The notes under the pieces were generated by a model. It was not told the DNA's origin. It did not search any database and was given only the letters and a program-made list of their open reading frames with translations. This document shows positions 61,924-64,000 of a stretch of 64,000 bases of DNA, piece after piece. Source of the stretch: an uncultured Bacillaceae bacterium (GTDB lineage Bacteria; Bacillota; Bacilli; Bacillales; DSM-1321); contig CAWBND010000006.1 of NCBI GenBank assembly GCA_963790055.1, positions 1,416 through 65,415 of the forward strand, written 5' to 3'. The position numbers and the translations under genes are program-made. The stretch's first letter is position 1. The number at the start of each line of letters is the position of its first letter.

Positions 61924-64000
61924 TTATTTTTCCCCCTCTAGATTGCGCGTGATTGCTGTTGTAATAATACGGTTTTGTTCGATTTTATGTGCAATTGCAT
62001 CTCCCTCTGAAGGACTAGATCTGCGTTTTCTTCCAACATAAGATACAGAAAGTCCATTCGGTACAAGTGCATTTAATCTTGGTTCGATGAATGACCATGC
62101 TCCCATATTTTTAGGTTCTTCTTGAGCCCAAATGAATTCTTTAACGTTTGTATATTTTTTCAACGCTTCTTGAAGTCGTTGGAATGGTAATGGATAAAGC
62201 TGTTCAATACTAATAATTTGAATCCATTCATTATTTGGTTCAGAAGCAACTTTCTCACGTAATTCAACAGCTAATTTCCCTGTAGCAAATACAATACGTT
62301 CTACTGCTTTTGGCTTTTGACCTAATGTTTTTGTTTCAATAAATGTTTCGAAGCGCTCATTGCTGAATTCTTCAGATGCAGATGCCATCACTTGATTACG
62401 TAGCATACTCTTTGGACTCATCAGAACAAGTGGACGAATTTCGTCTTTTTTTAACATCTTCGCTTGTCTTCTAAGAATATGGAAGTATTGCGCTGCCGAA
62501 CTTAAATTGGCAACTGTCCAGTTATTCTCAGCAGCTAATTGAAGGAAACGTTCCAAACGAGCACTTGAATGCTCTGGTCCTTGACCTTCAAAACCATGCG
62601 GTAACAACATCACAAGACCTGATTTTTGTCCCCATTTTGCACGACCAGCTGCGATAAATTGATCGAACATAACTTGAGCCGTATTAGCAAAGTCACCAAA
62701 TTGACCTTCCCATAAAACTAACGTTTCTGGTGCAAATACATTATATCCATATTCAAATCCAAGTACCGCGGTTTCAGTAAGTGGACTATTATGCACCGCA
62801 AACGATGCATTAGCAGACTCAATTGTGTGTAATGGCGAATATGTTTTACCATCCATGCTGTCATGAAGAACGATGTTTCGTTGTGCAAATGTTCCACGCT
62901 CAGAATCTTGCCCAGTAAGACGAATTGGCGTACCATCTTTTAGAATTGTTGCAAAAGCTAAAGTTTCAGCATGTGCCCAGTCAATTTTACCATTTTCTCC
63001 AAATGAATCTAAACGACGTTCTAAAATTTTTGCCAACTTTTTATTCGGTGTAAATCCTTCTGGCCATTTTACGAGCTGCTCATTGATTTCCATTAGTTCT
63101 TCAACTTTGACACCTGTTTGAACTTTTGGATAACCGTAAATAATATTTTCAGGTGGGTCCAATTCAAACTCTTCTTCTGGTTTATTACCTGAAACATGAT
63201 TATACGCTTCAACAAGTTTAGCATTTACTTGTTCATTTAAAGCACTTACTTCCTCAGCTGTAATAACTCCACCTTCAAGAAGTTGCTTTGCATAAATTTC
63301 TTTTGGCGTTGGATGCTTTTGAACTAACGCATATGTTTGAGGCTGAGTTACTAACGGCTCATCCATTTCATTATGTCCAAATCGACGATAGCCAATTAAG
63401 TCAATCAAGAAATCTTTATTGTATTTTTGACGATAGCGAACAGCAAGTAAAACAGCTTCTAAACAAGCTTCTGGATCGTCTGCATTTACATGGACAATTG
63501 GAACTTCAAAACCTTTAGCTAAGTCACTTGAATATCTAGTTGAACGTGAATCTTCACTTTCAGTTGTAAAACCAATTTTATTATTAGCAATAATATGAAT
63601 GGCTCCACCTATTTTATAGCCTTTCAGTCCACTTAAGTTAAATGTTTCTGGGACAATTCCTTCTCCAGGAAATGCTGCATCACCATGAATTAGGATAGCA
63701 AGTGACTTAGAAATATCTTGCTTTGGATACCCTTTTTGTGTGCGATCTTCCTGAGCTGCACGAGAATATCCTTCTACAATCGGTGCAACTACTTCTAAGT
63801 GGCTTGGGTTGTTCGCAAGCGTAAGTCTTACTTTCTTTGTATTATCACTAGTAATTTGGCGATTTAAACCTAAGTGATATTTTACATCTCCTGTCCATCC
63901 AAACGTTACTCCAATTGAACCCTCTGAAGGAACTAAATCTTTATTTGGTGAATGTTGGAATTCAGAGAAAATCATTTCGTAAGGTTTCCCTAATACATGT
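61924..64000 (-). CDS. odhA: 2-oxoglutarate dehydrogenase E1 (5' part outside window)
   Basis: [36 protein letters not shown]. Confidence 0.96.
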   Translation of the reverse strand, partial: HVLGKPYEMIFSEFQHSPNKDLVPSEGSIGVTFGWTGDVKYHLGLNRQITSDNTKKVRLTLANNPSHLEVVAPIVEGYSRAAQEDRTQKGYPKQDISKSLAILIHGDAAFPGEGIVPETFNLSGLKGYKIGGAIHIIANNKIGFTTESEDSRSTRYSSDLAKGFEVPIVHVNADDPEACLEAVLLAVRYRQKYNKDFLIDLIGYRRFGHNEMDEPLVTQPQTYALVQKHPTPKEIYAKQLLEGGVITAEEVSALNEQVNAKLVEAYNHVSGNKPEEEFELDPPENIIYGYPKVQTGVKVEELMEINEQLVKWPEGFTPNKKLAKILERRLDSFGENGKIDWAHAETLAFATILKDGTPIRLTGQDSERGTFAQRNIVLHDSMDGKTYSPLHTIESANASFAVHNSPLTETAVLGFEYGYNVFAPETLVLWEGQFGDFANTAQVMFDQFIAAGRAKWGQKSGLVMLLPHGFEGQGPEHSSARLERFLQLAAENNWTVANLSSAAQYFHILRRQAKMLKKDEIRPLVLMSPKSMLRNQVMASASEEFSNERFETFIETKTLGQKPKAVERIVFATGKLAVELREKVASEPNNEWIQIISIEQLYPLPFQRLQEALKKYTNVKEFIWAQEEPKNMGAWSFIEPRLNALVPNGLSVSYVGRKRRSSPSEGDAIAHKIEQNRIITTAITRNLEGEK

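Overview
A low-GC Bacillaceae chromosomal window, identified by sporulation genes (cotJABC, spoVS) plus odhAB, recQ, pepF and cls. Bases ~1-14,000 form an accessory patchwork. It contains a frameshifted dCache/HAMP sensor gene, a SAM-I riboswitch driving an unknown protein, a DUF4145 protein, a GT2, an in-frame S9 peptidase-GH3 glucosidase fusion, an esterase divergent from R2lox, gene relics, an IS6-type MITE, and three orphan copies of the rlmD(rumA) 3' tail (att-like sites). Next come amt-DUF294-exonuclease under tandem GlnR/TnrA boxes, an MCP, a decayed nirC-cobA'-sirC block, a histidine kinase with a fully conserved ETR1-type ethylene-binding domain, tyrosine phenol-lyase and mostly housekeeping genes. 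The strongest unexplained signal is two diverged ORF-less elements (45059-45383 and ~50715-51260). Each has an IS607/TnpB-type omega-RNA right end lying 7-8 nt before a host start codon, and the first splits a perfect Shine-Dalgarno sequence. Both also carry the same ~100-nt covarying structured RNA at the position where IStrons carry their group I intron, although it lacks group I motifs. All calls are by eye; no searches were run.
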